Part shown: positions 41,164 through 51,116 of the stretch, piece after piece | Numbering within the stretch: position 1 is the first letter of the stretch | How the letters are laid out: every line of letters starts with the position of its first letter | Origin: an uncultured delta proteobacterium | Lineage (GTDB): Bacteria; Myxococcota_A; Polyangia; Fen-1088 | Length of the DNA stretch: 64,000 nucleotides | NCBI GenBank assembly: GCA_963767925.1 | Contig: CAVYGB010000001.1 | Coordinates: 32,001 to 96,000 of the forward strand | Reading direction: 5' to 3' | Made by a program: the position numbers and the translations under genes | Notes under the pieces: model-generated | Told to the model about the DNA's origin: nothing | Database searches by the model: none | The model's input: the letters and a program-made list of their open reading frames with translations, nothing else

Positions 41164-41901
41164 ATGGCTGAGGAGACGGCGAGCAGCAGATCGAGGGCCG
41201 GTAACCGCCTGGACGAGCTCAAGCGGCTGCGGGACGAGATCCGGGATGATCTGCGTCGGGCCACGCTGGAGCTGCGCGACGAGTGGAAGGAGATCGAGCG
41301 GCGGCTGCCCGACCCCACCGCTGCCGCCGAGCAGGTCCGGGGCGCCACCTCCGAGATGGCCGAGCGGCTTGTCGACGAGCTGCGGAGGTTTCGCTCCCGC
41401 CTGCCCGGCGGCGCGGCGACCGGGACCGGGCCCGGCGCCGCGGGCGTGGCCCTCGCCGGGCTGATGTCGCGGCCGGTTGTGACCTGCCTGGAGGTCGACT
41501 CGCTGGCCCGGGCCGTGACCCTGATGTTCGAGCGCGACGTGGGCTTTTTGCCGGTGCTCGACTACGACGGCAAGATCGTCGGCACCCTGACCGACCGCGA
41601 CGCCGCCATCGCCGCGGCCACCCGGGGCCAGCGCTTCGAGGAGATCCCGGTCGAGACGGCGATGTGCCGGGCGGTTGTGACCTGCCTGCCGACCGCCACC
41701 CCCGCCCAGGTGCTCGGCCTGATGAGGCAGCGCCAGATCCGCCGGGTGCCCGTGGCCGAGGAGGGCCGCCCTCTGGGCGTCGTCACGATCAACGACCTCG
41801 CCCGCAACGCCGACAAGGCCAGCCTGACCACCCGGGACATCGCCGACACCCTCGCCGCCATCTCCCGCCCCCACCAACCCGGCGGCAACCTCGACGCCTA
41901 G
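41164..41901 (+). CDS. CBS domain protein with N-terminal helical domain
   Basis: LMSRPVVTC, MFERDVGFLPV, GTLTDRD, QIRRVPV, GVVTINDL; N-terminal LDELKRLRDEI...DEWKEIE. Confidence 0.88.
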   Translation: MAEETASSRSRAGNRLDELKRLRDEIRDDLRRATLELRDEWKEIERRLPDPTAAAEQVRGATSEMAERLVDELRRFRSRLPGGAATGTGPGAAGVALAGLMSRPVVTCLEVDSLARAVTLMFERDVGFLPVLDYDGKIVGTLTDRDAAIAAATRGQRFEEIPVETAMCRAVVTCLPTATPAQVLGLMRQRQIRRVPVAEEGRPLGVVTINDLARNADKASLTTRDIADTLAAISRPHQPGGNLDA

Positions 41902-41973
41902 GTCCGCTCGGGGATCCTCCCGCGGGGCTGCGCCGGGGGGGCGGGGGCGACGTATACTGCGGGGCGTAGGCCC

Positions 41974-42759
41974 ATGCACAAAGTCCTGATCTTCCTGGCC
42001 GTGGCCCTGGTCGGCGGCCTCACCTACTGGTTCTTCACCCAGGGCCGCCCCGTGCCGGCGCCCCCTCCGCCCCCGCCCGCGCCCCAGGTGGTGGCGCCGC
42101 CTCCGTCGCCGCCCGACGCCAGCGCCGTCCCCCAGATCCAGCACCCCATGGACCGCAACCGGCGGGCCGCCCGCTCGATGCCCGCGCTCGACGGCAGCGA
42201 CGGCGCCCTCCGCGACGGCCTGGCCCCCCTGTTCGGGCCCAAGCGGCTGGCCGAGTTCGTGCTGATGGAGTCGATCGTGCGCCGGACCGTGGCCACCGTC
42301 GACAGCCTGGCCCGCGAGCAGGTCGCCTCCGACACCTGGCCCCTGCGCCCGGTGCGCGGCGAGTTCCAGGTCAACCAGGCCGCCGGCGGCGTCACCCTGA
42401 GCCCCCGCAACGCCGCCCGCTACGAGTCCCGCCTGCGCCTGGCCGAGTCGGTCGACCCGGTCAAGCTTGTCGACCTCTACGCCCGCTACTACCCGCTCTT
42501 CCAGCGGGCCTACCGCGAGCTCGGCTACCCCACCGGCTACTTCAACGACCGCCTGATCGACGTCATCGACCACCTGCTGGCCACCCCCGAGGTCACCCAG
42601 CCCATTCGCCTCACCCTCGCCGGCGACCGCTACCACTTCGCCGACCCCGGGCTGCAAAACCGCTCCGCCGGCCAGAAGATCCTCCTCCGCATGGCCCCCC
42701 AGCAAGCCGCCCGCACCAAGTCCGCCCTCCGCAAGATCCGCGACGAGATCACCCGCTAA
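41974..42759 (+). CDS. DUF3014 family protein
   Basis: PALDGSD, NAARY, YPLFQRAYRELGYP..YFNDRL, YHFADP.L..RSAGQKILLRM. Confidence 0.88.
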   Translation: MHKVLIFLAVALVGGLTYWFFTQGRPVPAPPPPPPAPQVVAPPPSPPDASAVPQIQHPMDRNRRAARSMPALDGSDGALRDGLAPLFGPKRLAEFVLMESIVRRTVATVDSLAREQVASDTWPLRPVRGEFQVNQAAGGVTLSPRNAARYESRLRLAESVDPVKLVDLYARYYPLFQRAYRELGYPTGYFNDRLIDVIDHLLATPEVTQPIRLTLAGDRYHFADPGLQNRSAGQKILLRMAPQQAARTKSALRKIRDEITR

Positions 42760-42862
42760 GAAACCGTCGCCCCTCCCACCCCCGCCCGATCGTTCCCGTC
42801 CCCGTCCCCGAAACCTCGCCCGACGCGCGGCGATGCTCCTGGCGTGTCAGGCTTCACGCTCG

Positions 42863-43190
42863 ATGCTCCGCCCGCGACGCCTCCACCGCTACACCTACGC
42901 CCCCAGCCCGGCCGCCACCGCCCTGAACCCCATGGTCCTCCCTCGAGGTGACGAGCGATTCCTCGGAGGAGTACGACACCGGCGAGAAGCTGGAGCACTA
43001 CCTCACCGTCCCCAGCCTCCGGGACTACCTCGTCGTCTCGCACCGCGAGCGGCGGATCACCGTCCACCAGCGCCTGGAGCACGGGCCCTGGACCGTGCGG
43101 GTGGCGATCCCCGGTGGCCGCGTGGCGGTGGCCAGCCTCGCGACCGAGCTGGTCGTCGACCAGATCTACCGGGCCAGCACCATCACCTGA
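42863..43190 (+). pseudogene. Uma2 family endonuclease remnant (internal deletion plus frameshift)
   Basis: N-terminal HRYTYA joined to NPMVL/LEVTSDSSEEYDTGEKLEHYLTVPSLRDYLVVSH; extra C near 42940. Confidence 0.75.
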
Positions 43191-43199
43191 GCGAAGGCG

Positions 43200-43649
43200 C
43201 TACTTCTCCGGCGCTTCTTCGCGGATGGCGCTGCCCAGGTTCTGCAGGAGGGGGGCGTTTTCGCAGGCGAGGTAGAGGCAGCGTTTGTCGGGGCTGCGGT
43301 TGATGTGGTGGTGCCAGGCCCAGACCGGGACGTAGATGGCGTCGCCGGCCGACCAGTCGACGTTCTGGTCCTCGATGACCGTGGTGCCGGTGCCCTCCAC
43401 CACGTAGATGATGGTCTCGTAGCTGTGGCGGTGGCGGCCGGTGCGCTGCGCGGGCTCGAGGCCGCCGAGGGTCATGCTCATGGTGCGGGAGGGGAGGTCG
43501 ACAACGGCGACCAGGTGCTTGCGCTCCCGGCTGAAGTCGGCCTCCACCCCGGCGATGACGTTCTTGTGGATCAGCTTGGCCGGCATCTCGACGTTCAGGG
43601 CGGGTCGGGTCTTGCCGAAGTCGCGCGAGCTGAACTGTTTGTAGCTCAT
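43200..43649 (-). CDS. Cupin domain protein
   Basis: HRHSYE...YVVEGTG, GDAIYVPVWAWHHH. Confidence 0.9.
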   Translation of the reverse strand: MSYKQFSSRDFGKTRPALNVEMPAKLIHKNVIAGVEADFSRERKHLVAVVDLPSRTMSMTLGGLEPAQRTGRHRHSYETIIYVVEGTGTTVIEDQNVDWSAGDAIYVPVWAWHHHINRSPDKRCLYLACENAPLLQNLGSAIREEAPEK

Positions 43650-43686
43650 GGTCTTGCCCTCTCGTCTTTCTGATCCGCCGGGCGCT

Positions 43687-44358
43687 TCACTGCAACCCGC
43701 GCATGAACACGGCCCGGGCGGCGAGGGCCCGGCGGCCGCTTTCCCGGATGACCGCCCGGGCGGCGGGATCCCGGCGGGCCTCCCGCTCCAGGATCGCCAG
43801 CATGACCCCGGCGTGCCCGTCGTCGGTCTCCACGTGCAGGTCGAAGAAGTGCATGTCGTGATCGGACCAGCCGCGCGCCTCCATGCCGACCAGGACCTGC
43901 GAATAGAGGTGGGCCACCGCCGCCTCGGCGCCCAGGCACAGCGCGCCCAGCCCGGTGCGGTGGTCGGACCGGCAGCTCGCCAGCATGTGATCGATCAGGG
44001 CCCGGGTCCCGGGCCGCAGCGCCGTCTCGCTGACGTCGATGTGCAGGCGGTCGATCAGGTTCCGATACAGGCGGGCGTGGGGGATGTCGACCGGGCCGCG
44101 CAGGCCCATCTCCTCGAACAGGTTGTCGAGCATCCGCTCGCGGTCCCCCTCCTGCTCGAGGTTCGAGATCAGCGCGGTCAGGTACCGCGTGAACTGGCGC
44201 GAGTAAAAATAGTGCTGCTGCAGGAAGGTCCGGAGCTGCTCCTCGGACACGTCGCCCGCGCGGCAGCGGGCCAGAAACGGTGTCTGATCGATCTCCTCGA
44301 GCCAGGAGCGATCGATCCATTCCTTCCACTCGGAAGCCAGATCGGCGACCAGGCGCAT
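43687..44358 (-). CDS. Heme-oxygenase-like diiron enzyme (TenA/PqqC/CADD superfamily)
   Basis: NLFEEMG...PH, LGAE, FFDLHVETDDGH metal-ligand pattern. Confidence 0.85.
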   Translation of the reverse strand: MRLVADLASEWKEWIDRSWLEEIDQTPFLARCRAGDVSEEQLRTFLQQHYFYSRQFTRYLTALISNLEQEGDRERMLDNLFEEMGLRGPVDIPHARLYRNLIDRLHIDVSETALRPGTRALIDHMLASCRSDHRTGLGALCLGAEAAVAHLYSQVLVGMEARGWSDHDMHFFDLHVETDDGHAGVMLAILEREARRDPAARAVIRESGRRALAARAVFMRGLQ

Positions 44359-44503
44359 GGTGCTAACCCCCTCAGTGAAGAACCTTCCTATTCTGGAAGA
44401 CGCTTCCGAGGTTGGCCCTGTAAGAAAAGGTACGCAGTCAAGGGCGATCACGTCTCTTACTGTCAGGGCCTCGGCCGCCCCTTGTCGGGGGAGGTGCTTC
44501 TGG

Positions 44504-45886
44504 TCAGAGCCGGTTCAGGGGTCCCGTGCCGCCCGCGGTGTAGCCGTAGCTGTCGACGCTCACCCCCAGGCTGCGGGCGATGCTGACCAGCAGCTTCGCG
44601 TGGGTCTCGTTCTGGCCCCCTGCGCCCTGGCTGGTGAAGTTGAGGAAGCGCCCGCCCCGCAACCCGGCCTTGGCGCCGCCGGCCAGCACGAAGGGGATCT
44701 GCCGGTGGTCGTGCAGGTCGCCGTCGTTGATGTCCGAGTTGAGGAAGATGACGGTGTGCTCGAGGAGGTTGCTGTCGCCGTAGGGGATGCGTTTCATCCG
44801 CTGCACCAGCTCGACGAAGCGGTTCATGAAGAACAAACGGTTCTTCGTGTAGTTCATGCCCGGGAAGACCTGCACCCCGTAGTGGGAGGCGTCGTGGTTG
44901 CCCGGCCCGCCGACGCCCGGCACCTTGGTCGGGCTGACGGCGTGCGACCACATCAAGCTGGCCGAGTGGGTCAGGCCGCAGGAGAGGGCCAGCACGAGCA
45001 GGTCGGTCTGGAGCTGCCCGACGACGCCGAAGTTCTCGTTCTTGTGGAACGACTTGGGGTAGCCGTTGTCGGTGTTCTGGTAACCCATCCGGTTGAAGTC
45101 GCGGCCACAGGCCTGGGGGTTGCCGCCTCCGCCGCCCGGGGCCGGCATGCCGCCTCCGCCGCCGGCGGCGGGGGGAGGCATCAGCAGGTCGAGGCGCATC
45201 TCGACCTCGCGCAGTGACTGCAGGTGCAGGTCGAGGCGGGCCTTCTCGGCGCCGCCGAGCTTGGCCTGCAGGGCGGCGAGATCGCCCCGCATGACGTCGA
45301 GGATGCTCTTTTTCTGGCGGGGGCGCAGGTCGACAACCGGCATGCCCGTCGGGGGGGCGCCGGGGACCATCGGGGCCGGGGGGGCGTCGCCCATCAGGCG
45401 GTTGAACACGTTGAGCGGATCGTCGTCGGGCTTGACCTCCTGGCCGAGGCCGATGAACGAGACGCTGCCCGAGCCGTTCTCGAAGTTGCTGGCCACTCCG
45501 AGCTGGATCGAGTCGAAGGGGGCCGAGCCCTTGAGCCGCGAGCCGAGGAAGATGTCGAGCGACTGGGGGGCGGTGGCGGTGAGCACCTTCTTGCTGCCGC
45601 CCGGGTGGGTGGGCTCGCCGCCCGGCATGCCCACCCCGGCGAAGAAGATGCAGTCGTTCTTGATCGCCTCGAGCGGGGCGCTCATCTCCCCCAGGGTGAA
45701 GCCGGTCTCGCTCCCCTTGGGATACCACAGGGAGGGGACCACCCCGTCGGGGACGAAGATGGAGACGAAGTTGAGGGGGGCGGCGGCGCGGGCCTTGCCC
45801 GGCCGGCCGATGAGGGGGAGCTCGAGGGCGGCGCCAGTGGCGATGGCCCGGGCGAGGAAGCTGCGGCGAGAGAGATGGTTCGGCAT
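44504..45886 (-). CDS. DUF1552 family Tat-exported protein
   Basis: SRRSFL twin-arginine signal, KSILD, LDLHLQSLREVE, HDASH, NLLEHT, PFVLAG. Confidence 0.88.
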   Translation of the reverse strand: MPNHLSRRSFLARAIATGAALELPLIGRPGKARAAAPLNFVSIFVPDGVVPSLWYPKGSETGFTLGEMSAPLEAIKNDCIFFAGVGMPGGEPTHPGGSKKVLTATAPQSLDIFLGSRLKGSAPFDSIQLGVASNFENGSGSVSFIGLGQEVKPDDDPLNVFNRLMGDAPPAPMVPGAPPTGMPVVDLRPRQKKSILDVMRGDLAALQAKLGGAEKARLDLHLQSLREVEMRLDLLMPPPAAGGGGGMPAPGGGGGNPQACGRDFNRMGYQNTDNGYPKSFHKNENFGVVGQLQTDLLVLALSCGLTHSASLMWSHAVSPTKVPGVGGPGNHDASHYGVQVFPGMNYTKNRLFFMNRFVELVQRMKRIPYGDSNLLEHTVIFLNSDINDGDLHDHRQIPFVLAGGAKAGLRGGRFLNFTSQGAGGQNETHAKLLVSIARSLGVSVDSYGYTAGGTGPLNRL

Positions 45887-45896
45887 GGTCGGTTCC

Positions 45897-47726
45897 TCAG
45901 CGTCGGGTCAGGAAGGACTTCTGCCGCACGACCTCGAGCAGCAGCCGTTTGATGTCGAAGCCGCTCTCCTGAAACAGGGTCTGCAGGCGGCGGATGGCGC
46001 AGGAGTCGCGGCCCCCGTCCTCGCCGCCCCGGGCGTAGCGGAACATCTGCCGGGCGAAGCAGGCCTGGGCGTTGGGGCTGGCCGCCAGCAGCCGGGCCAG
46101 GTCGGCCGGGCCATCGAAGGGCGTGCTCGCGTCCGACTCGAGGCTCTCCATGCCGACCACGTCGCCGCTCTCGTCGATCGCCTCACCCGCCTCGATGGTG
46201 CGGTAGGCGGCCACCCCGTCGTAGCGCTCGAACCCGAAGCCGACGGGGTCGATGAACTTGTGGCAGGCCTTGCACACGTCCTCGCTGGAGTGGCGGGCGA
46301 AGCGGGCCCGGGTGGTCAGCCGGGGGTCGAGCCCGGGCGGCATGATGTTGAGGTTCTCGGGCGGGGGGGGCAAGGTCTGGCACAGCAGGCGGGCGCGCAC
46401 GAACACCCCCCGGCGCACCGGCGACGACTCGTTGGCGTGGGCGTACATGCCGAGGACGCTCCCCAGCAGCAGCAGGCCGCCGCGCGTCCCGGCCTGGGGC
46501 GTGGTGCGCCCGGGGATCTGCACGGGGGTGGCGCCGCCGCCGGCCAGCCCGTAAAAGCGGGCCAGGGGCTGGCTGGCGAAGGTGTAGTCGGCGGTGAAGA
46601 GCTCGCCGAGCTTGCCGGTGCCGTTGTAGACCACGTGGCTGACGAAGGCGTCCTGCTCGTCGACCATCGCCCGGCGGACGGCGTCGTCGAAGGTGGGGTA
46701 GACGGCGGCGTCCTTGTTGGTGAAGAGGAAGCCGTCGGTCCCCAGCCACTGCCGGAAGAAGGCCACCATGCCCGGCCGGCTGCGGCGGTCCTCGATCAGG
46801 CGGCGGGCGGCCGCCTCGAAGCCAGCCGGCTGGGCCAGCGCCCCCGAGCGGGCCGCCTCCATGAGCGGGTCGTCGGGGGTGGTGCCCCAGAGGAAAAACG
46901 ACAGCGCGGTGGCGATCTCGTAGCCGCTGAGCCGGAAGGTGCCGTCGGCGGCCCGGTCCCCCATCTCCGAGCGGTAGAGGAAGTAGGGCGAGCTGAGCAT
47001 GGTGCGGATGACCAGCTCCATGCCCTTGTCGAAGGAGCCGCCGGTGTTGGCCGGCGAGAACAGGGTCAGGTAGCGGGTGACCTCGTCGGGGGCCAGGGGG
47101 CGGCGGAAGGCCCGCTGGCCGAAGTTCTGGATGAAGGTGCGGTCGCAGCCGGCCGCCGGGGCGCAGGGGGCCAGGCGGACCTTGCTGGCGCCGAGGGCCT
47201 GGGTGGCCAGCCGCTCCGAGGTGGAGAGGAACTCGTCGAGGTGGCGGTTGGTGACCACCGCCGCACCGGCGTTGTTGTCGAAGCCGTCGACGACCGACTC
47301 GACCGGGAGGTTGTCGACCGAGGGGCGGGTGATGAACAGCAGGTCGGTCACCGCGCTGGCGTATTCGCCGCGGGTCAACAGGCGCAGGCGCCGCGGCCCC
47401 GGCTCCTCCTCGCTCTGGCAGGCGGGGACCGCGCCGGGGGTGGCGGGGGCGGCGGCCGGCGGGGGCGTGCCGACCGGTCCACCGGGGAGGCCGCCGGGGG
47501 TGCCGGGGCCCGGGCTGCCGGGTGCGCCCACGCCGGGCGCGCCGGGAGCACCCACGCCGGGGCTGCCGGGGCTCCCCACGCCGGGGCTGCCGGGGCTCCC
47601 CACGCCGGGGGCGCCGGGCGCCGCCGGGGGGACTTCTCCCTGGATCGCGCCGGTACAGGCCAGCGCGAGCAGGGCGGGCAGGGCCAGCGGTAACCAGGTG
47701 GGGCGGTTGCGGTGCGGCTGCGTCAT
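45897..47726 (-). CDS. DUF1592/DUF1588-type lipoprotein with CxxCH
   Basis: LRLLTRGEY, RAFRRP, LSSPYFLYRSE, LSFFLWGTTPD, SSPVRRG, CKACH..IDPVGFGFE; Gly-Pro repeat linker. Confidence 0.88.
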   Translation of the reverse strand: MTQPHRNRPTWLPLALPALLALACTGAIQGEVPPAAPGAPGVGSPGSPGVGSPGSPGVGAPGAPGVGAPGSPGPGTPGGLPGGPVGTPPPAAAPATPGAVPACQSEEEPGPRRLRLLTRGEYASAVTDLLFITRPSVDNLPVESVVDGFDNNAGAAVVTNRHLDEFLSTSERLATQALGASKVRLAPCAPAAGCDRTFIQNFGQRAFRRPLAPDEVTRYLTLFSPANTGGSFDKGMELVIRTMLSSPYFLYRSEMGDRAADGTFRLSGYEIATALSFFLWGTTPDDPLMEAARSGALAQPAGFEAAARRLIEDRRSRPGMVAFFRQWLGTDGFLFTNKDAAVYPTFDDAVRRAMVDEQDAFVSHVVYNGTGKLGELFTADYTFASQPLARFYGLAGGGATPVQIPGRTTPQAGTRGGLLLLGSVLGMYAHANESSPVRRGVFVRARLLCQTLPPPPENLNIMPPGLDPRLTTRARFARHSSEDVCKACHKFIDPVGFGFERYDGVAAYRTIEAGEAIDESGDVVGMESLESDASTPFDGPADLARLLAASPNAQACFARQMFRYARGGEDGGRDSCAIRRLQTLFQESGFDIKRLLLEVVRQKSFLTRR

Positions 47727-47838
47727 CACCGGGGGTGATCCTCCTTTGCATAGGAGACCATCGGGCCCCTTCCCCCAGCCCTCCGAACCGCTCAAGACAC
47801 GGTCCCATTTCGTTCAGGCGGGTAGGCGCACCTGTTCT

Positions 47839-47890
47839 GGTCGGGCCCGAGCGAAGCGAGGGAACCCGACCACTTCGAAAAACAGTCCCT
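47839..47890. repeat. Extended REP-like family B element
   Basis: GGTCGGGCCCGAGCGAAGCGAGGGAACCCGACCACTTCGAAAAACAGTCCCT, abutting the next element. Confidence 0.85.
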
Positions 47891-48053
47891 AGTCCCCTGG
47901 AAAGGTGAAGTCTTGCATATGTCGGCGAGGCATCTTCGTTCCTGGCAAGGCGCGAGGAGGGCGAATACCGGGCGTATTTAACCGACGAGCAACGCAGCCA
48001 GGGACGAAGAGGACCGCCGAGATATGCAAGAAATCACCGTTCCAGGGGACTAG
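47889..48053. mobile_element. 165-bp CTAG-bounded rod-hairpin element (MITE-like or structured RNA)
   Basis: About 57-bp imperfect inverted arms CTAGTCCCCTGGAA...TTCCAGGGGACTAG; 50-nt core related to 61454-61503. Confidence 0.8.
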
Positions 48054-49687
48054 GCGATGTCGGGGTGGGCGGCGGCGAGGCGCTGGCCGTAGCCCCGTTG
48101 CTCCTGGAGGATCTCTTCCAGGATCTCCCGCGTGGTCAGCGGGTTGGCCAGCACCACGCGGAACACCGTCACGACCTGGCCGGCGTGGGCCGCCGCCTCG
48201 AGCCGGGTGCGGGAGACGAAGGTCTTGCCGTTGGCGCGCTGCTCGCGCTGGATCGACTCGGTCAGCGCGCTGAGGCTCTCGTTGGCCGATCGGCGCTGCT
48301 CGGGCGCGCCCTGCGCCGAAGATGGCCCGCGCCGCCCGGCGGGACGTAGCGGTAGGTCAGCAGGTTGAGCTCTGGCGCGGTGACCAGCTCGAAGTCGGGC
48401 GCGGCGGTGATCATCGCCGCGAACTGGCGGGCCATGTCGATGCCCAGGTCGATCAGCAGCTCGTAGCCCCGCCTGCCGATGATGCGCAGGGCGGAGTGCA
48501 CCAGCATGGCCATGCCCGAGCGGGTGCCCTCGAGGGTGTGCTTGCCGATGTCGCGCGAGCCCTGGCGGATGACGTAGTTGGCGTGGTGCTCGACCGAGGC
48601 CAGCGCCTGCACGTCCTTGAACAGCACCATGCCCGCGCCCACCGGCACGTAGAGCTGCTTGTGGGCGTCGATGGTCACCGAGTCGGCCCGCTCGATGCCC
48701 GGCCAGCAGCTGCCGGTGCTGCCGCGAGAACAGGGTGGGGCCCGCCCCAGGCGGCGTCGACGTGGAAGTGGGCCCCGCACTCGGCGGCCACGTCGGCCAG
48801 GGCGTCGAGCGGATCGACGTTGCCGGTCTCGGTGGTGCCGGCGATGCCCACGATGGCCAGCACGCCCAGCCGCCGCGCTCGCAGGCGGGCGATCTCGCGC
48901 GCGCAGGGCGGGGAGGTCGATCTTGTGGCGGGCGTCGATCGGGATGGGCACCAGGTTGCGGTGGCCCAGGCCCAGCAGGTCGGCGGCCTTGCCGAGCGAG
49001 TAGTGCCCGCGCCGCGAGACCAGCACGGCCAGGCCGTCGAGGCCGTGCGTGGCGCAGGGCCGCGGGCAGCCCCTCCTCCGCCACCCCGGCGAAGCCGCCG
49101 CCCGGGCCCAGCCGCCGGTTGCGCGCTACCCACAGGGCGGTGATGTTGGCCACCGTGCCGCCCGAGCAGAACACCCCCAGCGAGTGCACGAAGCTCTGGG
49201 TCCACTGGGCGTAGATAGGCGTCGCTCTGCTGGTAGATCAGGCGGTGCAACATGCCGACCACCTGGCGCTCGAGCGGCGTGAAGGCCTTGCGAGGTCTCG
49301 ATCTTCACGACGTTCTGGTTGAGCGTCATCATGATCTTGGCGAGCGGGAACATGAAGTAGGGCAGGGCCGAGGTCATGTGACCGATGAAGCTGGGCGAGG
49401 AGGTGCGCACCGACTGGGCCACGAGCTTGTTCAGCAGAAACTCGACCTGCTCGGACACGAACAGCGGATCCTCGGGGATCTGGCGTGTCGAGGAAGTCCT
49501 GCTCGAGGTTGGCGGGGGCGACGTCGCCGGCCACGATGCGCGAGCCGAGGAAGCCGAGCAGGTTGTCGGAGATCTCCCGGTCCAGCCGGCTGAGCGTCGA
49601 TTGATCGCTCTCCGGCAGGGTGAAGATCTTGTGCATCGTCTCGAGGGTGGCCTCGGCCTTCTTGCCGGGCGGGGGACTATCGGGCAC
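48050..49687 (-). pseudogene. panP: PLP-dependent decarboxylase, PanP-like; at least 7 apparent frameshifts (may be sequence errors in an intact gene)
   Basis: Pieces across frames: [88 protein letters not shown]. Confidence 0.75.
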
Positions 49688-50222
49688 TCAGGATCTCCTC
49701 GAGGGCGGCGGCGTCGAGCTCGGGCGAGGCCAGGCGCAGGCGATCGCCCAGCGCCGCCAGATCGGACAGCGCGAAGTAGGGGGAGGCGCAGGGGACGTGG
49801 TGGATGAAGCCGAAGGGGGCGAAGAAGCCGTTGTCCTCGAAGTTGCTGAGCCGCAGCCGCCAGGCGCCGGCGGCGATCAGCTCCTTGCAGTGCCGGCAGC
49901 GGGCCCGGCCCGAGCTGGCCCGCTCGGCCCCCGCCAGGCGCTGCAGGCGGGTGTGGGCCACCCCCTGGTCGGCCTCGGCCAGCAGGCGGTCGGCGTCGGG
50001 CAGGGCGGCGGCCGCCTCGGGCTGGCGCAGCAGGGCGGCCAGCTTCTCGGGGCGGCGGTGGGCGGCGCAGCGTGGGTGGAACCAGTACACGCTGCCGCCG
50101 TCCCCGTCGCGGTAGGCGCTGGGCAGCTCCTCGCCGAATCGCAGGGAGCCCTTTTCGATCTTCGCGCCGCACGCGCGGCACTGGGCGCGGCCGCTGGCAG
50201 CCGCCTCGAGGCGGTCACTCAT
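49677..50222 (-). CDS. Protein with two PARP-type zinc fingers
   Basis: EAAASGRAQCRAC..KI.KG.LR...WFHPRC and ERASSGRARCRHC...HVPC. Confidence 0.82.
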   Translation of the reverse strand: MSDRLEAAASGRAQCRACGAKIEKGSLRFGEELPSAYRDGDGGSVYWFHPRCAAHRRPEKLAALLRQPEAAAALPDADRLLAEADQGVAHTRLQRLAGAERASSGRARCRHCKELIAAGAWRLRLSNFEDNGFFAPFGFIHHVPCASPYFALSDLAALGDRLRLASPELDAAALEEILSAR

Positions 50223-50308
50223 GAAAGTTTCGAGCTCCTGATCGGTATCTTTGCCCACCTGACACGCCTTTGCCACCGAGAGCGCCTGGCGGGTGATAAA
50301 ATAGCGGC

Positions 50309-51116
50309 GTGCAAGCCTCCCGCGACGGTGGCCCACCCCGGGCCAAGGACGCCTACCGGGACTACGGCGCCGCGGTCCGCCCCGGCGTGGCCGAGTTCTA
50401 TCGGGCCAACCACACCCACCAGACGCTGGACTTCGTCCGCCAGAAGATCGAGCAATACGCCCCCGGGAAACACGGGCGCATGGGGGTGTGGGAGGCGATG
50501 GAGTTGCTCGACACCCTGGTCGACGACAGCGATCCCGACACCCAGGTCTCGCAGCTCCAGCACCTGCTGCAGACCGCCGAGGCCATCCGCCGCGACGGCC
50601 ACCCCCGCTGGTTCGTGCTGACCGGGCTGGTGCACGACCTCGGCAAGATCCTCTGCCTGCACGGCGAGCCGCAGTGGGCGGCGGTGGGCGACACCTTCCC
50701 GGTGGGCTGCCGCTTCTCCGACAAGATCGTCTTTCCCGAATTCTTCGCCGACAACCCCGATGTGCCAGCGGCCCGAGCTGATGACCGACACCGGGATGTA
50801 CCAGGCCGGGCTGCGGCCTCGACGACGTGTTGCTGTCCTGGGGGCACGACGAGTTCATGTACCGGGTGGCCCGCCCCTACCTGCCCGCCGAGGGGCTGGC
50901 CATGATCCGCTACCACTCGTTTTACGCCTGCCACCGCGAGGGGGCCTACCGCGCGCTGATGACCGAGCACGATCACCAGACCATGGACTGGGTGCGGAGG
51001 TTCAACGCCTACGATCTCTACTCCAAGGGCGCGGCCGAGGTGCCGGTGGCGGCAGGTGAGGCCTTATTACGATGGACCTCATCGCGGAGTATTTCCCTGC
51101 CAAGCTCGACTGGTGA
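50309..51116 (+). CDS. Inositol oxygenase (MIOX) family protein, about 4 apparent frameshifts in the 3' half
   Basis: [65 protein letters not shown], ending YFPAKLDW. Start uncertain. Confidence 0.88.

Noticed and set aside
43200..49687. One biosynthetic cluster from panP to the cupin
   Set aside because: Co-oriented but separated by repeat elements, and each module has an independent plausible role
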